Shown here: in pieces, positions 1 to 8,086 of the stretch | How the letters are laid out: every line of letters starts with the position of its first letter | Numbering within the stretch: position 1 is the stretch's first letter | Assembly: GCF_000012285.1 (NCBI RefSeq) | Contig: NC_007181.1 | Location: 990,001-1,022,000, forward strand | Direction: 5' to 3' | Source of the DNA: Sulfolobus acidocaldarius DSM 639 | GTDB lineage: Archaea; Thermoproteota; Thermoprotei_A; Sulfolobales; Sulfolobaceae | DNA length: 32,000 bases | The notes under the pieces: generated by a model | The model's input: the letters and a program-made list of their open reading frames with translations, nothing else | Told to the model about the DNA's origin: nothing | The model's database searches: none | Program-made: the position numbers and the translations under genes

Positions 1-902
1 CAATTTGAATGCGGAACCGTCAATTCTGGAGTGTCCTCAATAGTAACTATCTTTAGATTTGGGGGAATGAAAGCAGTTATGGCATTTAATGTAGTTGTCT
101 TTCCAGATGCGGTTTCTCCACATACAAAAAGATTCATTCCCTCATCCAGCATAGTCCATATATATGCCGCCATCATAGAGGATAATGTTCCAAACATGAT
201 GAGTTGAGTTATACTGGTTGGAACTCTACTAAATTTCCTGACAGTTAGATTTGATCCTCTTCTACTTATATCAACACCGTACACAAAATTTACCCTAGAA
301 CCGTCAGGCAGACTCGCATCAACTACTGGTCTGTTATGAGAAACGGGCCTATATGACTTTTCACTGAGGGAAACTATTAGATTATCTAACTCTTCATAAT
401 TCTCAAATTTAATTGAAGTTCTCATTGGACCGAAAACCTTATGAACGATATATACATGTCCTAGCCCTGGTATTGATATATCTTCTATGTAAGGATCTCT
501 AATGAGAGGTTCTAATGAACCTGTATATAACTTATCCCTGATGAAATGGTAAATAACATATTCCTTTGGAACAGAAAGCCTCATTCTTAGAAGGATTTTA
601 TCTAATATTGAGCGTATTAATTTTTCTTTCTCCTTAGTATCTTCTGGTGGTTCCTTATCGCCGATAGATAAGGCAAACTTCTCCTCTATTTCCTCCATTT
701 CATCATGAGTAGGTCTAGGAGGTTCTATAACATTATATTGATTATAGCCATCCTCACTTTTTATACTCTGAATATGAATATAAACAAAATCGTCTACTCT
801 ATAGATTGCATTAAATATTTTGCTCCCCTTCAAGATATTTGGGTTTTCTATTATTGTAGGTCTTTCCTGAAGTTTTGTTAAATAGTCTTCCACGAAGCTC
901 AT
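1..902 (-). CDS. flaI: Archaellum motor/assembly ATPase FlaI (ArlI); N-terminal ~300 codons, 3' end runs off the window
   Basis: Absent from the ORF track because it is truncated by the window edge. Reverse-strand reading from ATG (complement of 900-902) gives [26 protein letters not shown]... Walker A GETASGKT lies on the complement of 96-119. It starts 3 nt after the flaH stop, matching the operon order B-X-G-F-H-I. Confidence 0.92.
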
Positions 903-905
903 GAC

Positions 906-1607
906 TTATGCCCTCGATAAGGATAATGGTACAACCTTAATGCCCAGCGCAGGATCCACATCAAAAGAAATTGTGTCTGAACCAGATATTCCTCCTGTAG
1001 TTTTTACTCTTTCTAGGATCTTTACTCTTCTTCCACCTATAGTCGCAGCCGAGAGCTTAAGATACACATCAACTATACTAGTTATTTTACTCTTCATTTC
1101 CTCGTCAAAAGTATCTGGATGAATAGTGAATAGAATCATTTTACCCGTATTAACTAAGACCCTGATGTCCTTCATAAATTGTAATAACTGCTTCTCCTTT
1201 GAGAAAGCAGCTAGTATTGACAAACTATCGATTACGATGAAGTCTATATTTTTACTTCTTATAAAGTTTACAATAACATCTAAAATTTTCTCAGCTAAAC
1301 TAGAGTTCCAATTAAATTTCTTCGTATTCAATGGAGCAATTCTTAGTTTTCCCCTTATAAAGTATGGTATTAAATCGATCTTTATTTCCTTCATCTTAAT
1401 CAAGTAATCTTTAGTAGTCTGCTCCGTAGTAATCACATATCCCTTCTTATCTGACAATAGAAAACCTAATACGAATTGAGCAGATAACACACTCTTACCC
1501 GTGCCATGATCTCCTTCTATCATTATCGATGCTGGATATGGTATTCCTCCTAGTCTTCTATCTAGATCGTCATTACCGGTACTTATAATCATAGGCTTCC
1601 CCTCCAT
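906..1607 (-). CDS. flaH: Archaellum protein FlaH (ArlH), RecA/KaiC-like ATP-binding protein
   Basis: Track ORF of 233 aa with Walker A GDHGTGKS and a RecA-like fold pattern. Position is between flaF and flaI. True start may be the internal MIISTG Met. Confidence 0.92.
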   Translation of the reverse strand: MEGKPMIISTGNDDLDRRLGGIPYPASIMIEGDHGTGKSVLSAQFVLGFLLSDKKGYVITTEQTTKDYLIKMKEIKIDLIPYFIRGKLRIAPLNTKKFNWNSSLAEKILDVIVNFIRSKNIDFIVIDSLSILAAFSKEKQLLQFMKDIRVLVNTGKMILFTIHPDTFDEEMKSKITSIVDVYLKLSAATIGGRRVKILERVKTTGGISGSDTISFDVDPALGIKVVPLSLSRA

Positions 1608-2083
1608 ATTACCGATGGACCATAGTTTGTTACAATGACTACTGTAGCTTGAGTATTTGGATACGGAGGATATGGCAGAATGATAGTTAAAGTAGCCTGA
1701 GAGCCTGGAGCTAACAAAGGAGTATTAATTGTCCAATAATAAGGGCTAGGGTTAGAGTTCTTTGTGTAGTTATATAACGAGAGATTGAAAGTTGAGATAT
1801 TGCTAATGTTAGCATAGTATTGTACTATAACGGAAAAACCTTGAAAATCATACAGATTAGTAGATCCATTATTTTCTAACACAACATTCAAAGTACTTCC
1901 CGTTAATGATACGGAGCTTACAGTTATCTTCGTTTCTAACTGTTCTAATTCCAATTCATGATTTAATTCTTGTGCTTGATTCAAAATTTGCTGGCTCTTA
2001 AAATATGCACTCAACAATACAATTCCAAATGAAACACCAATAAAAGTTATTAGAATAAACGCCAAAGTTTGTGACACTCCCAT
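1589..2083 (-). CDS. flaF: Archaellum stator/S-layer-binding protein FlaF (ArlF)
   Basis: 164 aa with an N-terminal TM helix followed by a beta-rich archaellin-like domain. Overlaps flaH by 19 nt. Operon position fits. Confidence 0.85.
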   Translation of the reverse strand: MGVSQTLAFILITFIGVSFGIVLLSAYFKSQQILNQAQELNHELELEQLETKITVSSVSLTGSTLNVVLENNGSTNLYDFQGFSVIVQYYANISNISTFNLSLYNYTKNSNPSPYYWTINTPLLAPGSQATLTIILPYPPYPNTQATVVIVTNYGPSVIWRGSL

Positions 2084-2084
2084 T

Positions 2085-2549
2085 TTAGCTTACCTTAAAC
2101 ATGTAACTAACAGTATATCCATTGGGTGTAACAATCTGAATAGTATAGTATTGGTTTGATGATAACGGAGAAGACAAATAGATAATGATTTTTACTACTG
2201 ACCCTGGCTGTAGTGAATTAGATGTAACTGTCCAATAGGGGGAAGAACCTGAATTATAGCCTACAGGTTGCAATTGACCATTTGGACCGAAATACACTAC
2301 ACTATTTTGAAGGTAAGAGATCGTTGTTTCCCCCACATTATGTAAATATGCAACTACAGTGTTTGAGCTCGTGTTAGTAGCATAATCTATCTGTAGTTGT
2401 GTCAACATTTTTTGAGATTGTTGAATAGAATATGACGACATTGTCGTAGAGATAGATGAGGCGACTGAAAAAACGGTTCCCGCTAAAACGCCAATAAGAG
2501 TTACAGAAACTATTATCATAATGGTCTCACTTATAACCTCACTAACCAT
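2085..2549 (-). CDS. flaG: Archaellum protein FlaG (ArlG)
   Basis: 154 aa with an N-terminal TM helix plus a beta-rich domain paralogous in style to FlaF. There is a 1-nt gap to flaF and an 8-nt overlap with flaX. Confidence 0.85.
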   Translation of the reverse strand: MVSEVISETIMIIVSVTLIGVLAGTVFSVASSISTTMSSYSIQQSQKMLTQLQIDYATNTSSNTVVAYLHNVGETTISYLQNSVVYFGPNGQLQPVGYNSGSSPYWTVTSNSLQPGSVVKIIIYLSSPLSSNQYYTIQIVTPNGYTVSYMFKVS

Positions 2550-3294
2550 TCACACCACCACCCTCCAAAATCATTATATATTTCTTAATTTCAGGAGTTA
2601 GTGATGAGTAACTCTCAGCTATATTTGCAGCAATAGAAGCTAACTCTTTCGCTGTAATTTTTCTATTCTTTATGAAAGATAAAATTCTTAGAATAGTAAA
2701 CATATCATCTGAAGAGACATATCCTAATTCATACAGCTGTTTAATTTTTTCTTCATCATATTCCATTATCTCCAACAGGACACATGATTTTATAAACCAT
2801 GTTAAGTTTACGTTATTAGGGTTATTAGATCCTACTAACTGACTTACGGTACTAATCTCTCTACTAACATGTTCTTCTTCCTGCTGAATTATTGTATTAA
2901 ACGGTGAGGAGGAATCTGATTCACTTGCCTTCACAGATAAGGCTAACTCTTCAACTGCTGAGTTAAGATTCTCTATCAATTTTTTCATCTCATTAAAACT
3001 GTTTGTTATATTTGTCAACAATTCATTCTCTTTTTTATCCATCTTCCCTAACACATCCTTTAGAGCCTTTTCGATACTGTCACTTGAGTATTTTGAGGTT
3101 TCATCATTAGCAGGTTTCTGCTGAGTCGGAAATCGCTGTTCTTGAGAAATGTTTTGAGGGCTTTGCTGGGTTTGCACTCTCTTAGTCTTTGGTAAAATTA
3201 CACGGAATAGAATTTCTAGGAATGCAGCTATAGGTATACCAACTCCTATCAATATTATGAATAATGATGATTGTAATAGATCTTGGATAGCCAT
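2542..3294 (-). CDS. flaX: Crenarchaeal archaellum ring-forming scaffold FlaX (ArlX)
   Basis: 250 aa with an N-terminal TM helix, a Q/S-rich linker and a coiled-coil-like central part. It lies directly downstream of flaB, as in Sulfolobales. Confidence 0.85.
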   Translation of the reverse strand: MAIQDLLQSSLFIILIGVGIPIAAFLEILFRVILPKTKRVQTQQSPQNISQEQRFPTQQKPANDETSKYSSDSIEKALKDVLGKMDKKENELLTNITNSFNEMKKLIENLNSAVEELALSVKASESDSSSPFNTIIQQEEEHVSREISTVSQLVGSNNPNNVNLTWFIKSCVLLEIMEYDEEKIKQLYELGYVSSDDMFTILRILSFIKNRKITAKELASIAANIAESYSSLTPEIKKYIMILEGGGVNG

Positions 3295-3315
3295 TACTCA
3301 TGCACCGCCTTAGTG

Positions 3316-3340
3316 GGAAATATTAAATAAAAAACATTAT
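3316..3340 (-). promoter_or_regulatory. flaB terminator T-tract overlapping a candidate internal flaX promoter TATA
   Basis: Minus strand reads GTTTTTTATTTAATATTT. The T6 run (complement of 3329-3334) lies about 35 nt after the flaB stop. The TTTAATAT element lies about 26-33 nt upstream of the flaX ATG (3294). GGTG sits about 9 nt before that ATG. Confidence 0.45.
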
Positions 3341-3369
3341 ATCTTAAATATCTTCTCATTTTAAACCAT

Positions 3370-4284
3370 TTATCCTATAACTGTCACTTTTCCATCAGGC
3401 TGATAGATATACTGGGATATTGTTAATGGTGAACCAATATTTGGAGTTATCTGAATTGTCACAGTCTCGTATTGGAAAACGTTAGTTGCCTCGCCAGGAC
3501 CAAATAATATCATCACACCTATTACGGATCCAGCAGGAGCTATATCACTTCCGGCTAATGGGAAGCCGGATACTGGATACGTGAAGGCAAATGTTTTATT
3601 AACATATGCATAGTATTCTACCTCCGTACCGTTAACACTTATATTGAAGGTAAATACGTTATCGTTCTTTAGCCATGGCTTTGATGCTACTATAGACGTA
3701 TTAGAAATGATATAGAGAGGAGAAGATGTTAATTGACCACCCTTAACCTCCTGACCTAAAGTATAATTCAGAGCTAATAATGCATAATTGGGATCGGAAT
3801 AGTATACATAAGTTTGTCCTGCACTATTGGAAGAAAAGGCTAATGTTAAATTTATAATACTGGTGCCTAATTTAACTTGTACTTTGTTATTCACCTGGCT
3901 AGGTAGTACAGATAATAAACTGAATTGGTAGATGTTAGATAGTGACACTCCTCTACTAGCAGCTGTAAACGATATTGCTGTAGTTGAAGGAGATAAGTCT
4001 ACACTAGATACACCAGAACTAGGAGATACAGTGAAATACATCCAGTAACTCTTTGTATTGGTGGGATAATTCACTGCATATAGCACATTTCCTGATAAAG
4101 ATAACGCAGTAGACGCAGTTTCTTCTCCTTTATTTATAGTAGTCTTAGCTTTTTGAGTTACAAATAACCCCATATTTACTGCAACATATGCCAAAACTGC
4201 TGCTGTTATTATGAATGCTATTAATATTATTGCTGTATCCAATCCTGCTAAACCTCTTGTTTTCCTTCTTTTCATGTATATCAT
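3370..4284 (-). CDS. flaB: Archaellin FlaB (ArlB), filament subunit with class III (type IV pilin-like) signal peptide
   Basis: The N-terminus MIYMKRRKTRGLAGLDTAIILIAFIITAAVLAYVAV is a basic leader followed by G/L and a hydrophobic helix, typical of PibD/FlaK substrates. The remainder is Ser/Thr/Asn-rich with many N-x-S/T sequons. GTGAT lies 6 nt upstream of the ATG at 4284. The alternative start is MKRRK (4275). Confidence 0.93.
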   Translation of the reverse strand: MIYMKRRKTRGLAGLDTAIILIAFIITAAVLAYVAVNMGLFVTQKAKTTINKGEETASTALSLSGNVLYAVNYPTNTKSYWMYFTVSPSSGVSSVDLSPSTTAISFTAASRGVSLSNIYQFSLLSVLPSQVNNKVQVKLGTSIINLTLAFSSNSAGQTYVYYSDPNYALLALNYTLGQEVKGGQLTSSPLYIISNTSIVASKPWLKNDNVFTFNISVNGTEVEYYAYVNKTFAFTYPVSGFPLAGSDIAPAGSVIGVMILFGPGEATNVFQYETVTIQITPNIGSPLTISQYIYQPDGKVTVIG

Positions 4285-4319
4285 GTTTCTATCACTTTTT
4301 CAAAATGAGATTTCTAAGT

Positions 4320-4336
4320 TGGTCTTTAAAAACCTC
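4320..4336 (-). promoter_or_regulatory. flaB core promoter (TATA box)
   Basis: Minus strand TTTTTAAA (complement of 4325-4332) lies about 41-48 nt upstream of the flaB ATG. This implies a short leader carrying the GTGAT SD-like element. Confidence 0.55.
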
Positions 4337-4339
4337 CCC

Positions 4340-4385
4340 TCGATCTTCGACCAAAAATCACAATTTTTCGACTGCTGATCGACGT
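4340..4385. promoter_or_regulatory. Upstream activating region of flaB with TCGA(C) repeats; candidate ArnR/ArnR1 boxes
   Basis: TCGATC occurs at 4340-4345 and TCGAC at 4347, 4368 and 4379 (spacings 21 and 11 bp). CGATC (4341-4345) and GATCG (4377-4381) form outer inverted arms. An A5/T5 dyad AAAAATCACAATTTTT lies at 4353-4368. The region sits immediately upstream of the flaB TATA. Confidence 0.5.
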
Positions 4386-4395
4386 TAATTTAGTC

Positions 4396-4410
4396 TTTTT
4401 TTTAAAGAAC
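4396..4410 (+). promoter_or_regulatory. TATA element for the 4427 ORF (leaderless transcript predicted)
   Basis: TTTTTTTTAAAG ends about 21 nt before the ATG at 4427 and no SD is present, the typical Sulfolobus leaderless arrangement. Confidence 0.4.
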
Positions 4411-4426
4411 TTTTATTTTATTATAC

Positions 4427-4804
4427 ATGATACTGATGAGAAGGCAATATATTCTTATATCATTATTAATGATACCTTTTCTTATAGTGCTATCAATACT
4501 TTATGATACACCTTTATTCATGGCTCCAGTTCCGCTATTCTTATTCTACATATCTAGAATTATCGGAATTAACACAATAAATGATAGTAAATCGCTTTAT
4601 AGATACATAAAGAGATATTATGGGAAAGAAATTGCAGATAAAATTCAACAAAACTTTAAAGTTGTAAATAGCTTTGACTTATTGGATAATAATTCTCTTA
4701 TAATATTTGATAACATATTAATTCTAAAAATTAACAATAAAATAGGAGTTTTTGAAATAGAGGAGGGTATAGACTATCTAATAAGGCTAATGAATTATGT
4801 GTAA
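4427..4804 (+). CDS. Small membrane protein of unknown function (two N-terminal TM helices plus a ~70-aa soluble tail)
   Basis: Track ORF of 125 aa with hydrophobic segments ILISLLMIPFLIVLSIL and PLFMAPVPLFLFYISRIIGI. It is divergent from flaB and upstream of arnR. I recognise no family. Confidence 0.6.
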   Translation: MILMRRQYILISLLMIPFLIVLSILYDTPLFMAPVPLFLFYISRIIGINTINDSKSLYRYIKRYYGKEIADKIQQNFKVVNSFDLLDNNSLIIFDNILILKINNKIGVFEIEEGIDYLIRLMNYV

Positions 4805-4904
4805 TATTCTCTTTTAATAGATCTATTTATGGTCTAAAGCTACATAATTAACAGTGCATATGTAAATTATTTACTAGAGTGTTTTACTTTTGTATAAAAA
4901 CAGT

Positions 4905-4918
4905 AATATTTAAATTTT
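4905..4918 (+). promoter_or_regulatory. Candidate arnR TATA box
   Basis: AATATTTAAATTTT is centred about 32 nt upstream of the ATG at 4943, implying a near-leaderless transcript. Confidence 0.35.
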
Positions 4919-4942
4919 CAGATGGCATAGATTCTCTAAGAG

Positions 4943-5752
4943 ATGACCAAGAGTCTATTCGATGTGTTAAAAGAATTAGACTCTCTTGTCGATTTCTCTA
5001 GGGCAAAACTACAGTGGGATATATTAATTATACTTGCAACCAAAGGACCATCATCGACAACAGAAATCTCACAAACAATAAACACAAGCAGAAAATCCAT
5101 AATAGACGCAATAAGAAAACTAGTTGACAAAGAACTTGTAACAAAAGTTAAACATGATATCTATGGGTTATCCGACAAGGGAAAGGAACTTTGGAACAAG
5201 ATCGATTCGGTCTTAAACATAGAAGTGATAAACGGAAATAATCATAAAGGACAAAGCAAAGATGAAGATATATTAGCTTTAGAAAACCTATCCCAATATT
5301 TTTACTTAATTAACTTATCCAAAATGATTACAATCAATCACGATGGATTGAGTCTAGATAAAGCAGCTAGAGAATTAGGAGTCTCAAGACAAACACTCAA
5401 ATACTACCTTGAACTCTTTGAGGAGAAGAAATTATTCAGAGTTATAGGTAAGAGGACTCATTTTAAGAAAAATATCTATAAGTGTGTATTAATGAATGAA
5501 GGTAAAAGGCTATTATTCAGATTACCCGAGTTTACGAAAATGAAAAATAATCTTCCGCTTAAGCTACTTCTAAGACTAACAAATAGTTATACTCTCGAAA
5601 TGGCAAACGTCAAAGTTATGGGATTTATTCTAATCTCTTTACCATTACTCATGTACTTTAGAGACCAATTAGGTCTAATTGAACTGCCCTGGTTATATGC
5701 AGTAATATTCTTAGCACTTTTAAGTGTATTTGCGCAAATCCTCAGTAGATAA
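4943..5752 (+). CDS. arnR: Membrane-bound one-component transcriptional activator of flaB, ArnR
   Basis: 269 aa with an N-terminal wHTH (ILATKGPSSTTEISQTINTSRKSIIDAIRKLVDKELV) and a second HTH (LSLDKAARELGVSRQTLKYYLELF). Two C-terminal TM helices are present (VMGFILISLPLLMYF and LPWLYAVIFLALLSVFAQIL). Location next to the fla operon matches published ArnR (Saci_1180). Confidence 0.85.
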   Translation: MTKSLFDVLKELDSLVDFSRAKLQWDILIILATKGPSSTTEISQTINTSRKSIIDAIRKLVDKELVTKVKHDIYGLSDKGKELWNKIDSVLNIEVINGNNHKGQSKDEDILALENLSQYFYLINLSKMITINHDGLSLDKAARELGVSRQTLKYYLELFEEKKLFRVIGKRTHFKKNIYKCVLMNEGKRLLFRLPEFTKMKNNLPLKLLLRLTNSYTLEMANVKVMGFILISLPLLMYFRDQLGLIELPWLYAVIFLALLSVFAQILSR

Positions 5753-6021
5753 ACCCTTTTTACCATATTATACCTACTAGAATTTCATTCAATATTTTCT
5801 TGTCTATTTTAAGATTAGAAATAGTTAATCATGAAATAAATTTCTCTCATATCATAGCTAATCACATTAAAAGAGATAGAATAGTTTAAAAACAGGTGTT
5901 TCAATACTAATTATATACAATAAGAAGATATACCCACATAAAGTTGAGATGATACGAGGTGTTAGTTAGTGGAAATTAGGATAATTCACAAGCGAATTTT
6001 TCAGTATTAGTAGTAAAAGCT

Positions 6022-7893
6022 ATGTTAATGTCGTTTATATTATTGATATCGACATCTATGATACTTATTTCAGTTTTCAGTTATGTGCTGATAGCTTTGA
6101 TAGTTTTAGGAATAGTTTTGTCACTAATATCATTGCTATCTCCTAGAGTATCTTACGTATCTTCAGTTTACCTGATAGGTCTAACAGTATATTTAAATCC
6201 AGGATTTTCTCTAACTCAGTCCCTGATAAATACTGTTCCTATCCTAGGAGAAATAAATATGTTAAGTGGGCTGTTGAAGACTCCTGTAACTTCAATAATA
6301 TCTAGCCTTTTCTCCCTAGCATTATTAAATTTAGGCATAAAGGGTTATGAGATATATTTGAGTAAGCACGCTGATATCGTGAAATTAGATTCAATAATTT
6401 TCTCCCAACACGGTCTTCCGAAGCAGGCTAACTGGAATATTGTTGTTAATTCTGAAGTAAAACTCCTCAAGTCAAATGAGAAGCTTATATTAAGCAATAC
6501 TCCAGAAGCGAAATATGAACTTTGCCCAACATTGGTAGACCATAAATATTACGTGCCCAATAAGGTGACGGGTTTAGCCTTTGAGGGAGAGGTTATAAGG
6601 ATTAATTACTCTCCAGTTGACGGTGTACCGTATGAAAAGTTCAGGAACTGTTTTACAGTATTTGAGGTCGAAGGACTACCTCCAGATACGAGTTTTGTAA
6701 TTGAAATTAATGGTGCGTCATTGAAGCTCAAGGATAGAAAGTTCGCTAAACTGTCGCTGGAGCCTTTGTACTGGAAAGTAAATGAAATCAGGATATCTAG
6801 AGAGGATGAAGAAGAAATTTATGAACCTGACATAAAAGAGGGTTTAACTTTTAGAGGTGGGACAGTTAAAATAAACTTCAGGAGGAAAGTGATTAGATAT
6901 AAAACAGCTAAAATACCATCTATAGAAAATTGGGATCCTGGAATTTGGGTGGGTCAAGAGGTTTATGGTTACAGGGTAATTGAAGTAATAGGATTAGGTG
7001 GAAATGGATATGTTATGAAAGTGGAAAAGAACGGTTTATTATACGCTATGAAAGTTCTATCAGTAAATAAGTTCACCAATTCCCTAGAACACTTTGACAA
7101 TCTGTTAAAGGAATCTGAAAATTTGGAAAAGTTATCAAAAGATCCAAGGTTAGTTAGTATATATGGCTCATTTGTAGACAAAAATAACATTCAGTCTGCG
7201 TTAGCTGGGGATTATACCAGCTATTATAAGTACCCGCCGGCAATTATAATGGAGTTTATGGAGGGCGGCACATTATTCGATCTAATTAGTAGAGTTGATC
7301 TTGTACAGTCTAAATATTGGCAGTACATAGTCAAACTCGTCATAAAAGAAATAGCCAAAGCCCTGACGTTTTTACATAAAAGGGGATATGTTCACCTAGA
7401 TGTAAAGCCACAAAATATATTTCTGAAAGAGAAAATCAACGGCGAGCCAGAAGTAGTTTATAAAATTCTGTCTTCTACCCCGGGAATAATTAAGTTGGGG
7501 GACTTAGGTAGTGCAGTTAGAGTAGGAGAGAAGATAACACAAGCAACACCAGCCTATTCACCACCAGAGCAAATAGAGGCAGTAATAACAGGAAAGGGAG
7601 CACAACCCTCCATGGATAATTATGCATTAGGTGTTACACTATATAAGTTACTTACTATGAAGAACCTAGATTATGTTAACTATTTGGATAAAGCTTTCGA
7701 TGAATACATCAAAGGGGATCCCAGTATTGCGATGAAATACATAAATATGGCTAAGATGAGTATGGTTAACTTTAAACCTAAACTACCTCATAATACTCTG
7801 CCCGAGTTAGCTAACGTAGTACAGGGAACATTAGTTGTAGATCCAAAGAGGAGACTGACCAGCTACGATATAGTTAAGATATTAGAAGGGTAA
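6022..7893 (+). CDS. arnS: Membrane-anchored Hanks-type Ser/Thr protein kinase ArnS
   Basis: 623 aa. The N-terminal ~105 aa are hydrophobic (about 4 TM). A ~180-aa linker carries two GLP-type repeats. The kinase domain has G-loop IGLGGNG (6988-7014), AMK, HLDVKPQN, DLG and SPPE. It is adjacent to arnR, as reported for Saci_1181. Confidence 0.85.
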   Translation: MLMSFILLISTSMILISVFSYVLIALIVLGIVLSLISLLSPRVSYVSSVYLIGLTVYLNPGFSLTQSLINTVPILGEINMLSGLLKTPVTSIISSLFSLALLNLGIKGYEIYLSKHADIVKLDSIIFSQHGLPKQANWNIVVNSEVKLLKSNEKLILSNTPEAKYELCPTLVDHKYYVPNKVTGLAFEGEVIRINYSPVDGVPYEKFRNCFTVFEVEGLPPDTSFVIEINGASLKLKDRKFAKLSLEPLYWKVNEIRISREDEEEIYEPDIKEGLTFRGGTVKINFRRKVIRYKTAKIPSIENWDPGIWVGQEVYGYRVIEVIGLGGNGYVMKVEKNGLLYAMKVLSVNKFTNSLEHFDNLLKESENLEKLSKDPRLVSIYGSFVDKNNIQSALAGDYTSYYKYPPAIIMEFMEGGTLFDLISRVDLVQSKYWQYIVKLVIKEIAKALTFLHKRGYVHLDVKPQNIFLKEKINGEPEVVYKILSSTPGIIKLGDLGSAVRVGEKITQATPAYSPPEQIEAVITGKGAQPSMDNYALGVTLYKLLTMKNLDYVNYLDKAFDEYIKGDPSIAMKYINMAKMSMVNFKPKLPHNTLPELANVVQGTLVVDPKRRLTSYDIVKILEG

Positions 7894-7904
7894 AAGAGAT
7901 TTCA

Positions 7905-7935
7905 TTTAACATTTTTATAATTATGATTTTTATTA
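7905..7935 (+). terminator. T-tract terminator candidates after arnS
   Basis: T5 runs at 7912-7916 and 7927-31 lie within 40 nt of the stop codon. Archaeal termination typically occurs at oligo-T. Confidence 0.4.
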
Positions 7936-8086
7936 AATAAAAACTAATACCTTGATTTCACCCCTTTAATTGAGTAAGTATATTTGTTTCTAAAACTTTT
8001 AGGATTTGGCATTAAACTTCAATTTTAGTTTATCCTCTATTATAACACTTTAATTATGATTGTTAACAAGGGAAAAAGTTTTGTTT

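Noticed and set aside
901-1407. Plus-strand ORFs 901-1122 and 1126-1407 antisense to flaH
   Set aside because: They are fully contained within the well-supported flaH CDS (Walker A, operon context). They have no promoter or SD signal, and their sequences look like hydrophobic junk.
5940-5965. C-box-like GATGATA (and GTGATGC near 23745) as possible C/D-box sRNA
   Set aside because: Neither matches RUGAUGA exactly. No CUGA D box or terminal complementary stem occurs at the required ~50-70 nt spacing on either strand.
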